DNA from: the human T2T-CHM13v2.0 reference genome, Homo sapiens
Assembly (NCBI RefSeq): GCF_009914755.1
Contig: NC_060938.1
DNA: 64,000 nucleotides
Strand: one strand, 5' to 3'
Each line of letters begins with the position of its first letter. Position 1 is the first letter of the stretch. Below are positions 49,380-62,849 of this stretch, piece after piece. A program made the position numbers and the translations under genes. Below the pieces are notes generated by a model. That model saw only the letters and a program-made list of their open reading frames with translations. It did no database searches and was not told the origin of the DNA.

Positions 49380-49790
49380 TATTATATGCATTTTAGAAAG
49401 ATCATTCTGACAGCAACATGGAGGATGAACTGAGAGGAGTGAGATGTCAGACAGGGAGAACAGTTAAGAGGCCATAACCCAGGCCCCAAATAGCTGGGAT
49501 CTGAATCAGGGTAGGGGGAGCAGAAGGTAGATACAATTGGGCAATTCTTGGAACCAATTTGATATTGAGGGTGAGGGAGGTGGAGCTTTATATATTGTAG
49601 TTCCTGGTTTGGGCAAATGGATGGATGCTGTTGCCACTGATTGAGATAAGAAATCGTTAATTGACAATAAAATATCAAGCTCCATTTTAGTCAGGTTGAT
49701 TTTGAGGTAAATTTTTCAGTAGATAGTTGGCTATTTGGATTTAAAATATAGAGGAGAGGTTTGGGTTAACAATATATTTGGAATGCACCA
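49380..49790 (-). mobile_element. L2 fragment
   Basis: tgcattttagaaagatcattctgacagcaacatggaggatg...ggatggatgctgttgccactgattgagat. Confidence 0.65.
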
Positions 49791-50249
49791 GGATCTACAA
49801 AAATCATACCCTTAAGAATTTCAAGACAGAAGAAAACAAAATTATTAGTAAGAGATGACATTATTTGATGAAAAAATATATATATGCCCTTAGGAAACAT
49901 AGTTTTCTGTGTTGCCCTTTCCTTCTTTATTGAACTGTCTTCCATTTCTACAGGAGTACAGCATAAACCATCTAAACACTATGGGAAATGGTTGTCTTCT
50001 ATGAAGTATGTTTTCAAGGACCCACATTGCAATTCCCTTAGCTGGATAGGGGATGCCAAACGGCAACCCAGAGCCCTGATGAATAGGGCACTTCCTACTA
50101 GAGATTCAAAGAATCTTTCTCACAAAAAGGAAAGAAACCAGATTCTATTAACCAAGTTGAGCCCTGACACTGAAGGGATTTTTCTGTCTATAAAGGTGAA
50201 GAAAAAGAAAGAATATTTTAAATAATTCTTAAGAGGTGGTGTGGTTACT

Positions 50250-50546
50250 TTTTTTTTTTTTTTTAGGTTTTTAGGAGTCTTGCTCTTGTTGCCCAGGCTG
50301 GAGTGCAGTGGCATCATCTTGGCTCATTGCAACATCCACCTCCCAGGCTCAAGCAATTTCCTGCCTCAGCCTCCCAAGTAGCTGGGATTACAAGTGCCTG
50401 CCATCATGCCCAGCTAATTTTTGTATTTTTAGTAAAGGCAGTGTTTTACCATGTTGGCCAGGCTGGTCTTGAACTCCGGAACTCAGGTGATCCGCCTTGG
50501 CCTCCCAAAGTGCTGGGATTACAGGTGTGAGCCACCATGTCCAGCC
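50250..50546 (-). mobile_element. AluS (Sx-like)
   Basis: Full dimer in reverse with a poly-T head. Confidence 0.9.
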
Positions 50547-51597
50547 GATTACTTTGTAATAATAACACAAGATAGCAGCCAGCAGGTTATCCCATAGAGT
50601 TTGTGTATCTGGACTGCTGCAGGCTTTTTAATTTACTCAAATAATTTAAATTTCAGTCCTAGTAAATCTAAAATTAGGTTTATCATTCAAAAGTTGCTGG
50701 AATGAATGTTTCCATCAGCTAGTGAGATCTTTGTTCTGGTGCAGGACAGCCCAGAGTATTTGCTTCTGGTCACAATGGACCATCAAAGAAAATGTCCATG
50801 ACCTACAAACATTTTCTTGCATGTGCAGACAAGAATACTTGAATTTCCAGAATCCAAAGATAAAGGAGTAAAACAAACAGCAAGGCACATAAGCATTTGC
50901 ATTTTTACACTAAAATCTATTTATCTCTCTATCCTTAACAAATGGAAGTCATCAGTTAGGAAGAAAAGAATCCTAAATAGCTAAGAACACTAATAAAATT
51001 GCAGAATTTTGAAGAACAAAGAAATGATGAATTATGGACTCTTTTTGTCATGAATCACGGATAAACTGCTAAAAATTAAATAATTTCTTAGAGCTGTTTG
51101 TAAAAATTTGGGGACAAAGCCTAAGAAGTATTTATTTAGAAACTTTAAACAGCTGGCCAACAGGCATCACCTGAATTTTATTACTACAATGTCAGTAGAC
51201 AAAGCAACCAAACTGAGAATAAAGGAGAATCTGATACACCAACAGATGATGATTTTGGTGGAAAGCAAAATGCAACAACAAATGGATATTGTTAAATTAC
51301 TGGGAGAGGAAATTTCCGAAGCAGATCATTTCACTAGTGGTTCAGAACAGAATAAACAACAATGCCTTGAAAGAAATTGCAAATATTGTGCTTTGGACAA
51401 ATGCTTAAATTGCACTCCAAGAAATAAAGGCTTTAGGATAATTTCTATTTCTTTTAAGTTGCAAGCCTCTCTTAAGGCCTTATGGAGAACCTTCATGAAC
51501 TGTTGGTGTAAGCTGATGTCCATGGCATGTGGGTACACAACCAGTCGGTGATACCTTATTGAGATATTTTACTACCAAAACATTTATCCCTCTAAAA

Positions 51598-51953
51598 CAG
51601 TGACCCCCCACCTTTCTGGCACCAGGGACCAGTTTCATGGAAGACAATTTTTCCACGGACTGGGGAGGCGGCGGGGGGATGGTTTCCGGATGAAACTGTT
51701 CCACCTCAGATCATCAGGCATTAGTTAGATTCTCATAAGGTGTGTGCAGCCTAGATCCCTCGCATGCGCAGTTCACAATAGGGTTTGCACTCCTATGAGA
51801 ATGTAATGCCCCTGCTGATCTGACAGGAGGCAGAGCTCAGGCGGTAATGCTGCAATGCTTGCTTGCCTGTTAGTCACCTCCTGCTATGTGGCCCGGTTCC
51901 TAACAGGCATTAGACCAGTACAGGTCCTTGGCCTGGGGGTTGGCAACCCCGTG
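51598..51953 (-). mobile_element. Complete MER1B with 8-bp TSD
   Basis: Reverse complement of MER1B; hAT-type 8-bp TSD ctctaaaa at 51590-51597 and 51954-51961. Confidence 0.9.
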
Positions 51954-53458
51954 CTCTAAAAGGCTAACATGGTCTCCATCTTGTTACATTTTGTAGACAC
52001 AGAAAACTTTTTTGGTATGTTTGTTTAATTTTACAAAAAAAAAAAAGGGATAAAACTAAACATGTTATTTTGCAACTCATTTACATAGTTTTCTGTTCTA
52101 CAGATACCTTGAGTTGCTAAACCTTTCATCCATTGTTAGATTTTCAGGTTGTTTCTATATATATATTTGCACATTTCTATAGGATAAATTCTGAAAAGAG
52201 AGGTTGCCGACATCAATATGTTAGTCATATAAGTTTTGGCACAAAATAATTGAGTAATATTTGCTTTAAATACTTTAAAGATTTTGGATTTGAAATACTC
52301 TTTATTTATAAAAAAATCTGTGTTGTTATAAACACAAGTAGTTTTATTTCATTCCTACACTCTGGCTTCGATTAATAAAGAATTATATAAACTTTCTAAT
52401 TATGTGCTCAGAAATATATAAAATATAAATTTTGATTTTATTTTTCTTTAAGAAGTATAAAAACAAGACTACTAAAATAGTGATGTAGATATGATTTGTC
52501 ATTTGGTATTGTGCTTTTAGTCTGTTACTTTTTGTGTTTAAATATGAAAGGGAGAAATAATAGGTTTAATTACAGAAGCATTATATTAAATAATTCTCCA
52601 ATGAAGAGTTATAATAAACTCTAATCATATTTCTGAATTAAAAATCTTAAACATTTTTTCTCCAACTTTAATTTGCAGAAGCAGTAACAGGTGATTCAAA
52701 AATAAGTAAATACATTCAGAAGAGATACAGATCCAGAGCTGCAGGCATTTCATGTTTAAACAAAAACTAACAATACTATTGGCTGTTTCTCATCAATAAT
52801 AATGAAATTACTTTCTGTAATTAAAATGTTACCCTATAGTAAATTTGAAAAATGCCTCTATTTGTGGTTATAAAAAGATAATTTTTCTAATATACTTGAA
52901 AGCAGATTCTGAAGAAATTATGTGAGGTGGTAGGCATGTGAATGTTACAGGCAGAGTAAAAATATTCACTTGCTTAAATTAATCTTTCCTTGTACAGTAA
53001 ATGTATATGTGAAATCAAGTTATTTCATTTACAGATCTCAATAAGTAAGATAGAAGGTTGAACTTTTAAATGGAAGAAATCTCATAGTAAAAGTTTTACT
53101 TTTAAAATATTCAAAACTCATGCATGCCAAAAACCATAAATAATAAAATAGTATGATATTCGTGTAGAAATAGAAAAGTTGAACCATCAGAACAGATGAG
53201 AGAGTCTAGAAACAAACCCTGTGTATATGTGAATCCAATACATTATTAAGGTGGCATTTAAATCAATGAGGAAAGAATGGATTATTTATTTGGGGAAACT
53301 GACCACTGAATGGGCAATCAATAAAATTAGGTCTTTACCTCACATCATACGCACAAATAACTTTAAATGGATTAAATATTTAAATATAAAAAAATCAGAG
53401 TGGTAGGTCAAAGCATAGGAAAGCATTTCTATAATCATGAAACAGGCAAACAATTTCT

Positions 53459-53913
53459 TTTTTTCTTAACTTTTAGCTTAAGTTCAGGGGTCCATGTGCA
53501 GGTTTGTTGTATGGAGAAACTCATGTCACAGGGGTTTGTTGTACAGATTATTTTTTTCACCCAGGTACAAAACCTAGTACCCAATAGCTATTTTTTCTCA
53601 TCCTCTCCCTCATCCCACCCTCCATTTTCCAGCAGGCCCCAGGGTCTCTTGTTCCCCTCTTTGTATTCATGTGTTCTCATCATTTAGCTCCCACTTATAA
53701 GTGAGAACATGTGGTATTTGGTTTTCTGTTCCTACATTAGTTTGCTAAGGATAATGGCCTCCAGCTCAATCTAGGTTTCTCCAAAGGACATAAACTTGTT
53801 CTTTTTTATGATTGCATTGTATTCCATGGTGTATATGTACCATATCTTCTTTATCCAGTCTACCATTGATGGGCATTTGGTCGATTCCATGTCTTTGCTA
53901 TTGTGAATAGTGT
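53459..53913 (-). mobile_element. 5'-truncated older L1PA/L1PB 3' end, nested in a + strand L1M fragment (~53100-54050)
   Basis: Reverse 3' UTR, with degenerate TSD caggcaaacaatttct / caggcaaggaatgtct. Confidence 0.8.
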
Positions 53914-54304
53914 CAGGCAAGGAATGTCTAACTTAAGCCCCCAAAACCACAAACAAAAGATCTATCGATTTGATTATAATCAAACTTAAAATTTTAGCAT
54001 AGCAGAAAATACACAGGTGAAGTAAAAAGACAAATCACCAACTTGTAACAACGTGTTAGCTACTATTTCCACATAGGGAAGTCAAAGCCTACTCTCATTA
54101 GTGCTTACAGCAAGCTACAAGGAGACATGCCAACTCATTCCAGATTCTATGCCACACATATTTACAGGGTGTGTGTTAGGTGCCAGCCATGCTCCAAGGC
54201 ACTAATGATACACACCTTGTTAAGACATTGAGCTTTATGGTGAGAGCAGGAGGGCATTGTTAAAGCGCTTTAAGGAGTTCAGAAAAGTTCATGCTCAGAT
54301 TTAA

Positions 54305-54626
<322 letters not shown>

Positions 54627-56124
54627 TAGAACAGTTGTGCTGGCTGTGGAGCAGAGAACCATTTGGAGGGGTGGTTGGGTAAGCAGATTTGAAGGGAGAA
54701 AAACCAGGTGGGATGCTGTGGCAATAACCCTGGTGGAGATGACAGTGACCTGATCTAATTACGGGATGTGAGGATGGTGAGAGAAAGTAGACTAGACAAG
54801 ACTTTGTGAATTGCATATGGGGGTCGAAGTAGATGCAGAAATAAAATACCATGCACACGTTTCTACCTTGAGCAACTGTGAGAAAATGGTGCCATTTCAC
54901 TAAAATAAGGAGGCCAGGCGGAGGAGAGGAGCATAGAGGGAATAGGACATCAGGTGTTGCCATGTTGAGTTGTCAATGCCACGAAACATCCAAGTGGAGA
55001 AGTCCAGAGCATAGCTGGATGTGCAGTTTAGTAGAACAATCTGAGCTGGAGAGCTGTGTATCCCAAGTGCCTCAGGCTGCAGCATCCAAGGAGAATAGGT
55101 TTAGTCCTATTACTATTATTTCCCAAGTTTCATGTGTTCAGGCATAACATCTATATGATTATAGAAAGTCTAGTCTGCTGTACCAGCTCTCTCTCCAAGA
55201 CTCCTCCTAGAATACTTATAAATGTCCAGGAATGGAATCTATCCTTTCCTTTTTAGGTTAGAACGGTTCCTGTCACTCTTACCATACATATGTTTGGCTG
55301 AGCTGGGAAAGTACAACATGAAATGCTGGTGAAACTGGGAGCACGAGGGCCATACCACTCCACTGGTCACACTCAGCCTGTGACGGGGTATTTGAGCATG
55401 TCTGTGTCAGTGTCCACAGCCCCTCTCCTGTAGCATACACTCTGGGAAGGTGATCAGATTCCGATGAGTTTCCATGTCACCTGCTGCCCTCCTCCTCCTA
55501 GACCCAGCCCTGCCCTCTGATATTAGTCACCAATGCTGATCCTAGTTCTTTTTGCCTCTGGCCCTTACGTTGAACTCTCTTCAGGGTTCCTTGATGTCTG
55601 TCCCAGCAACCTCCCTCCTCCAAGTCTTCCTCAGCCATCAGACATTTTTTATATATCTGAAGTGCAGGGACCTTTCAGCCCTTGTGGAAATAAGTAGCTG
55701 TGGATAGGTAGGGGGAGAAATGTCATTTGATCTCCTTCACCTGACTCTAGTTGTTGCTGGAACAGGACTTTGTTGTATATTCAATCCTGTAATGCCCTTG
55801 TCTAAGATGAAGCCCCAAAAGTCTCATTCAAGACCTTCTACATTCTGGCAGGGGTCTATCTTTACAAACTTCCATCAACACCAGATCACATCATCTTCCA
55901 CTCTGTTGATGTGTCTGGTTATGGGAGTCCTCATCCTGCCACATCTGTTCCTCTGAGTCTTATCTGCCTCTCAGGGACTGTCTAGATGCTATGGCAGACA
56001 GCCATATGAAAAATCAAACTCTCTCATTCCAGAGACCCATCGCACTTTGAACTTTTGGTATAACCCTCTTCATTTATTCTTGCCACAAATATTCATGGAA
56101 CAAAATTACTGAAAGGCAATATGA

Positions 56125-56362
56125 GTAATGGTGAGGAGCACTGGAGTAACACTGTCTGGATCTATCCTAGATTTGCCACTGACTAGTTGTATAAGCTCTG
56201 GCAAGTTACTTCATCTTTCTGTGCTTCGGTTTCCTGCTATATAAAAATAGCGATAATGATAGCACCTCCCTCTTAGGGTTATTAGATAATGAAGTAGATT
56301 TATTCATGCAAAGCACTTAGAATAGTGCCTGCACAAGTAAGTGCTCAATAGGTCTTGGTTAT
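56125..56362 (+). mobile_element. MIR
   Basis: ggcaagttacttcatctttctgtgcttcggtttcc...aaagcacttagaatagtgcctg...aagtgctcaata. Confidence 0.85.
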
Positions 56363-56614
56363 TGTTATATATTTTATTTTTAAAATATAGTAGAGCAACA
56401 GAGCTGCTTTTCGGTCAGCTTCTCTAGATCAGCATATAGGACAAATACAAAGCTTACCATCTGCCTCTGATCATACTGAACCTGACAAGTGTTCTTGAAG
56501 AATGCTTTGCCTTCACTTTTAACAATCTTTATCCAGCAGTGAATTGACCCAGAATACATGCTCTGAATACTCTTTTTGTTCTGACTGCATTGGCTTTTGC
56601 TGGCTTCAATTCTC

Positions 56615-57215
56615 ATTGAATGATAATTATTTAGTACCCGCTATATGCTGGGGCTATGTTAGGATTAGATAAGCCATCATAAGGAAAACATATGTGATCC
56701 TGTCATCAATGCAATTTAAAGGTATATGGGCATTAAATAAATATAAAGATAAATGCCCAAATAAACATATGATACAAAACTGTGGTAAGTGCTGTGAAGA
56801 AAGGAAGAGTAAAAAGGAAACAAAACAAGAAGCACCTAATTTACATTGGGAGGTCAGTGGCATCCATTGAAAGAAGTGATGTTTAATCAGTTAGCTTGGA
56901 ATAGCCACGTGAAGAGAGAAAGGAAGACCTCAGGTGTGCACAAAGGCAGGAAGGAAAGGAAGAGCTTGTTGAGATGAGGGAGATGGAAGGAGAGTACCGT
57001 GACCTCAGCCCAGGAAATGAGATGAGATAGGAAAGAGAGGCAGGACCTGGTCACCTGGGGGTTCTTAGGCCACACTAGGTATCAGAAATTCTATTCCAAG
57101 AGTACTGGGAAGCCACTAAAGGGTTTTATGCAGTGGAGTGACGAATAATTGAATTTATATCTTTAAGACATTGCACTGGCTGCAGCGTGAGTGTGGATTG
57201 GAAAGCAGTGAAAAG
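56615..57215 (-). mobile_element. L2
   Basis: ttatttagtacccgctatatgctgggg...gggaagccactaaagggttttatgcag. Confidence 0.7.
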
Positions 57216-59509
57216 GGAGGAATAATAAGCTCCCTACAACGCCAGACATGACTCCCAAAACTTAGTAGTACGCAAAAACACCAAGTCACAGGAGAATGCA
57301 TTCTCATTGATTCACATAAAGGTCAAAAAACAGGCAAAACCAAGCAAAACATTAAGAATCTCTGTGTGTGTGTGTGTGTGTATTTATTAGATAAAGAAAT
57401 ATAAACAAACACAAAGAAACACTAATCCCCAAATTCATGAGAGTGGTTACTCCTGGGGGGCACAGCAGAGTCTCTAGTTTGAAAAGTTGCACATGGGAGA
57501 CTTCAAAAGTGATTCGAAATTTTCTATTTCTTAAGCTGAGTGGTGGGTACATGAATATTTATTCTTTAAAATGTTCATTTGCATAATATATACTCTTCTC
57601 TATGTATGCTATACACCATAATAAACATTTAGATTACCAAGCTCAAAAATTCATAAAATATTAAAATATGAAAAAGTTGGGGGGCAGATGCCTATGGGTG
57701 TATATTATATTATTCTTTATATTTTTCCAAAAATAAAAATAAATAGCAAAGGGAAAATAGATCCAAGGAGGGAGGAAGAAGGAGGAAAGCAGCAGGGCCT
57801 CCAAGCTGGGTGATTCCAAGGGCACCTTCTTAGTGTAACCTATCACTTGTAGTGATGTGCCCCAGGGGGTGCACGTACCTAGGCTGCGACATACACGTTG
57901 CCTCCTGAGGCCCCGCAGTGCCATGGCCTGGACACCAGCGGGGAAGCTCCTGCAAAAGTCCAGGCTATAGATAACTATGACTTGGACTAAGATAGTGGCA
58001 GTGGGGTTAGAGAAAAATAGACATATTCAAGCTATATTTAGGAGATAGAAGAGAGGTCTTGGTAATAGATTGGATGTCTCGCTGTATCAAAGAGATGGGC
58101 GGTACCGCTTCCCCCATGTCATTTGGCTTTTCGCAAAATCCTATGCCAAGAGCTGGGCGTCTGCTAGGTCACAGATGCCTCACAGACACTGATCATGCCT
58201 CACTGGGAGATTTCAAAACTTTAATTCTGTCAGGTTTGGCAGTTTTTCCAATGTCACCCCAAAGAACTTTAAATTCTGCTTTCATGCCAGATTTCCCAGC
58301 AGCGACTGCCAAACAGCTGCAGAGGGAGCCTGAAACAGAGAAGGGGCTCCTCTGGCCCCCCAGAAGCTAGGCTGATTTCGGAATGCCTCTAGAATCCAGC
58401 GTGCTTGCCCATCACTCATAAACTGTGAGTGTAAACCGCAGTTAAGCTCATATGCTTCAGTTCCTAAATTACAGTTGCACTTGGGGGAAATAGCTGCTGG
58501 TATTTATCACAGTGCCCTCCCCCTAGAAAGTGGCCCACACAGTCAGTTATTACTTGGTCCTGCTCCTCAACCCGGAGCAGCCTGGGTTATCACTTGGCCA
58601 AGCAGTTATTACGTGGCCAGCCTTCCTGATGCACCTGCGTCAGCAACCTGCAAAGGAGCCACCTGCTGTGCCCTGGTTATGGAGGAAGCAGAGTCCAGTG
58701 TCCCTTCTCACCAGCACAGCCTGCCCTCGAGGTATAGACATTCATGTGGTGATTGAAAAGAAGTTTATTTGGCATTGTACTCTAAGCTCATCTCATCTGG
58801 GCTGGACTGTGCAGTTCTGAATTATGTTCCTCCACCTCTAGGGCACTGTGATGTGGCTTGTAAGAACTCAGGACATCCCTGTGTTATCTGACAGAACAAT
58901 AGAATGTGTGAAAGCGCCCCAATCATCTCCCCTTCTTTCAATCAAAAAGTACTTATTGAGGGCTTGTCTGATGTGAGGCACTGGGTCAGACTCGGTACAA
59001 AAAAATGAATAAGGCAGTCAAAATGCTAGCTGTGAAGGCATTCATATCCACTTGTACTTTGCAAATGTGCTTCGAGTGTTTGGGGAGCTAATCTGAATCA
59101 TCACTGGCTTTCCTACTCATGCACTAAATTTTTCTACCTTCCTTAAAACTTTTACTTGTGTTACAGCCTTTAATCCATTTTACTGGGAGGGTTTCTATTC
59201 AATTGGTCATTATTTTTAGCAATGGGATATTATTAAGCTGATTTTCCAAAACCAATTTGCTATTTTCTGTCCGTAAGGTATTTCTACTAGAAGCATTTTA
59301 AAGCCTATGGTCCTAAGCTGATGCTAATGATCTGATGGTATTTCTTCTGCCTTATCTTACCAAGGGTCAAAGGAATATTAATGATGTGTGTGCTTGGGGT
59401 CCTTAGGCAACTGATGAGCGGGAGACTGAGTGTGAAACACCACAGCAGCCAGAGTCCATTCAATATACCCACATGTAGTGAGCAACGTTTAGTGAGGAAC
59501 ATTATTATT

Positions 59510-60410
59510 TATATTAACACTCATACTGAAGCCTGACAAAGAAAACAAATGAAAAGAATATTATACACAAATTTCAGTAGTGAATATAGCTTGAAAAAGT
59601 AAAATGTCAGTACGACTACATTCAACAGTATGTTAAAGAATAATATATGACAAAGGAGTTTTTATTTCTGAAAGGAAAATATAGCTTATTATAAAGAAAT
59701 TTATTATATTCATAAATTACAAGAGACAAAAACAATGAAATCATTTCCGAAGATGCCAAAAGGAGCATAATATAATTTAACAGGCATTTCTAATTAAATA
59801 AAGGCTATTAGAGAGTATTATGATAAAAACGATATAACAGAAATCCAAAGCAATGTTAGATTAACAGTGAAACACTAGAGGCTATTCCATTAAAGTCAGG
59901 AAGAAGACAATTTTACTCACTATCACCACTATTTAATGTTGTGCAGGAAACCAATTTAATAAACCGTGTTTTCAGAAAACCTCTAAAAATATTAGAAAAG
60001 ACAAACTTTGTATTATTTTCAGATGCTATCATTGTCTTCCTAAAAATCCGTGAAAATGAATGAAAATTATTGGAAAAATAAAAGATTATAGCATGGTAAC
60101 AAATTACAAGAAAAATATTCTGAAATAAATAGCTTTCTATATACCAGCAATAGTCAGTTAGAATTATGACTGAGAAGAATCCATTCACAATTGCAACAAC
60201 AAAACAGTAAAATGTTCAGGAGTAAATGTAAATTGAAAATAAATGTATAAAATCTGTAAAGAAAAGTGTTCAACATTGCTGAAGGACAAAGAAGAAAACT
60301 TGATTATGGAGAGTGATATACCATATTCATTGATGAGAAAACTCAATGTTGTCAACATGTCAACTTTCCTCAAAATAGATTTTTAAATTTAAAGACAGTC
60401 CATAAAAATC
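59510..60410 (+). mobile_element. Old L1M ORF2 fragment
   Basis: Degenerate RT region (ttccattaaagtcaggaagaagacaa...tattttcagatgctatcattgtcttcctaaaaatcc). Confidence 0.7.
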
Positions 60411-60499
60411 TTCTACATTTGAAATTATGGAAATTTAAAATCTACATAAAAGATGAAAAATAGTGCAATAAGCACTTGTATAGCCCTCACTGCAATTTA

Positions 60500-60551
60500 T
60501 TTGGTTGGTGCAAAAGAAATTGCAATTTTGCCATTAGTTGCACTAACCTAA
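60500..60551. mobile_element. Internally deleted MADE1 (Hsmar1 MITE)
   Basis: ta-tttggttggtgcaaaagaaattgc...ttgcactaacctaa-ta. Confidence 0.8.
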
Positions 60552-60742
60552 TATCAACTGTTAACATCCTGCTACTTTTACTTCATCTCATACACTTTTG
60601 TTTTCTGTGCTATTTGAATGTCAGTTGCAGACATCCATTGCACTTTACCCCTAACCACATCAACATGCATTTTCTAAGAATTAAGGCATTTTGACACAGT
60701 TTCACACTTGAGACAATTAACAATTGTATAATACCACAGAAA

Positions 60743-60910
60743 ATGGTGCTTGTCAGACTTTATTAAGCATGCAAGTCACCTGAGGATCTTGTCAAAATGC
60801 AGATTCTGATTCAGTAGGTCTGTGATGAGGGCTGATGTTCTACTTTTCTAACAAGCTCCAAGGTTATGGTGATGCTGTTGGTCTGCGGACCACACTTTGA
60901 ATTGCAAGAA
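60743..60910. mobile_element. MER5-type (hAT-Charlie)
   Basis: tcacctgaggatcttgtcaaaatgcagattctgattcagtaggtctg...ggaccacactttga. Confidence 0.8.
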
Positions 60911-61119
60911 TCTGCTAAACATTCCAAATGCAGTTTTCTCAAATGAGCACTCAAATGGCTTTTGGTAGCTGTTATTTTTCAATTCAGGATCCAGTCAAGT
61001 TTGACACATCACAGTTGATTGCTGTGCATCACCAGTCTTCAGAAATCTAAAATGGTCATTCGTTTTTTTATTCTTTTAAAATTTTTTCTTATTTTTTTAA
61101 ATAAACATTTTAAGACATA

Positions 61120-61383
61120 TGCTGTTGTTGTTGTTGTTGCCCAGGCTAGAGTGCACTCACTACGGCCTCAAACTCCTGAGCTCAAATGATCCTTTCCCCT
61201 CAACCCCTTAGTAGCTAGTTCTCCCTGACTCATTTTTAATTTTTTTGTTTTTTTTTTTTTTTTTGTAGAAATGGGTTCTTGCTATGTTGCCCAGGCTGGT
61301 CTCAAACTCCTGAGCTCAAGCAATTCTCCCATCTCTGCCTCTCAAATTACTGGGATTACAGGCATGAGCCATCGCATCCAGCC
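61120..61383 (-). mobile_element. Degenerate AluJ
   Basis: Both arms are recognisable, with deletions in the right arm. Confidence 0.8.
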
Positions 61384-61579
61384 TTTTTTTTTTTTTTTTT
61401 TTTAAGAGGACAGGCCAGGTTTTAGCAGAATGACCCCTAGTTTTTATTTCTTTGATGGTTTATTAATAATTACATTCAGGTTAAATTGTTTGTCAAGAAC
61501 ATGACACAGTTGATGTTATGCACTGGCTACTGCAACACAGCAGGACACAAGCATGCCAGATGTTGCTCTATTGTTTTGT

Positions 61580-61985
61580 ATTTTTTACTTTAAAAAACTA
61601 TCAGATTAGATTTACATTTACAGAAAAGTTGCAGAGTGAGTACGGTGAATTTTCATATACCTCACCCTGAGTTTCACCTATTGTTAACACCTTACACTAG
61701 TATGGTAACTTTGTCACAATTGATCAACCAACACTGATACATTGTTATTAACTGAAGCCCATACTTTGGCTAATCAGATTTTCTTAGCTTTAATCTAATG
61801 TCTTTTTCTGCTCCAGAATTCCATCCACGATACCACATTATATCTCCTTAGACTCCTCCTGGCTGTGACAGTTTCTCAGACTTTCCTTGGTTTTGATGAC
61901 ATTGATATTTTCCAGAAGAACTTGTCGGGTATTTTGTCAAATGTCCTCAGTTGTGATTTGTTTGATGTTTTCTCACAATTAGATA
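61580..61985 (-). mobile_element. L1MC/MD 3' end
   Basis: ttacagaaaagttgcagagtgagtac...ttattaactgaagccca. Confidence 0.65.
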
Positions 61986-62849
61986 ATTTTCATTTGTGTA
62001 TGTCACTTAAGGTTTTTTACTGGCCAATTTCTTCTCTTTTTTCTTTCTTTGTTCTAACTCTGGTTTTATTTTATTAGAGCCTCATTGCATGTAGTTTGTC
62101 CATATCAGCATGTATAATCTGTAATTCTTTCAAATCTGCAAGTAGCTTTCTTTATATTATGAAATGGTTTAAACATAAAGTACAGAAAGTGACATAACGA
62201 ACAGCCAGGTACCACATCCCAGCTTAAAAAATTAAACATTACATATAGAATTGATTCCCTCTATTCTACCTTTCCAGCTTCTCCCCTTTCTTTCTCTAAA
62301 GATGAAACCCTTAACCTAAATTTGGTAGAGGTTATTCCTATGCCAGTCTTCATACCTTGTTACATATATGTATCCCTTAACTATATATAGTATTTTCCAT
62401 ATATTTAAACTTTATGTATGATAGCACATTGAACATATTCTTGGGCAACTTGCTATCTTTGTTCAACATTATGTGAGGTTTATTCTGTAGATACGTGTAG
62501 TTCTGATCCATTTATTTTAATTTCAGTAAACATAAAAGAGAAAAAAGAGAGATGATTAAAAAACATTATGTATTAATGCCCATTTGTGAACTTAGTATTT
62601 CTATGTGGTATGCTTGGGTTTAATCTTAATTATTTTATTCACTGTGTATTTATTGAGGACCCACTATCAGCCAGATAGTGTGCAAGGCACTAGAGACACA
62701 ATGATGAGCAAAACAGACTAAGTCGTCTGCTCTCAAGAAGTTTACAGTCTGGTTGTAAAGTAAGGGTCAGACATGAGTCAAGTGCTCACACTCATTTATT
62801 AATTACAAACTGTGATGATTGAGGTCTCCTCCAGTTAGGGAAGCAGACC

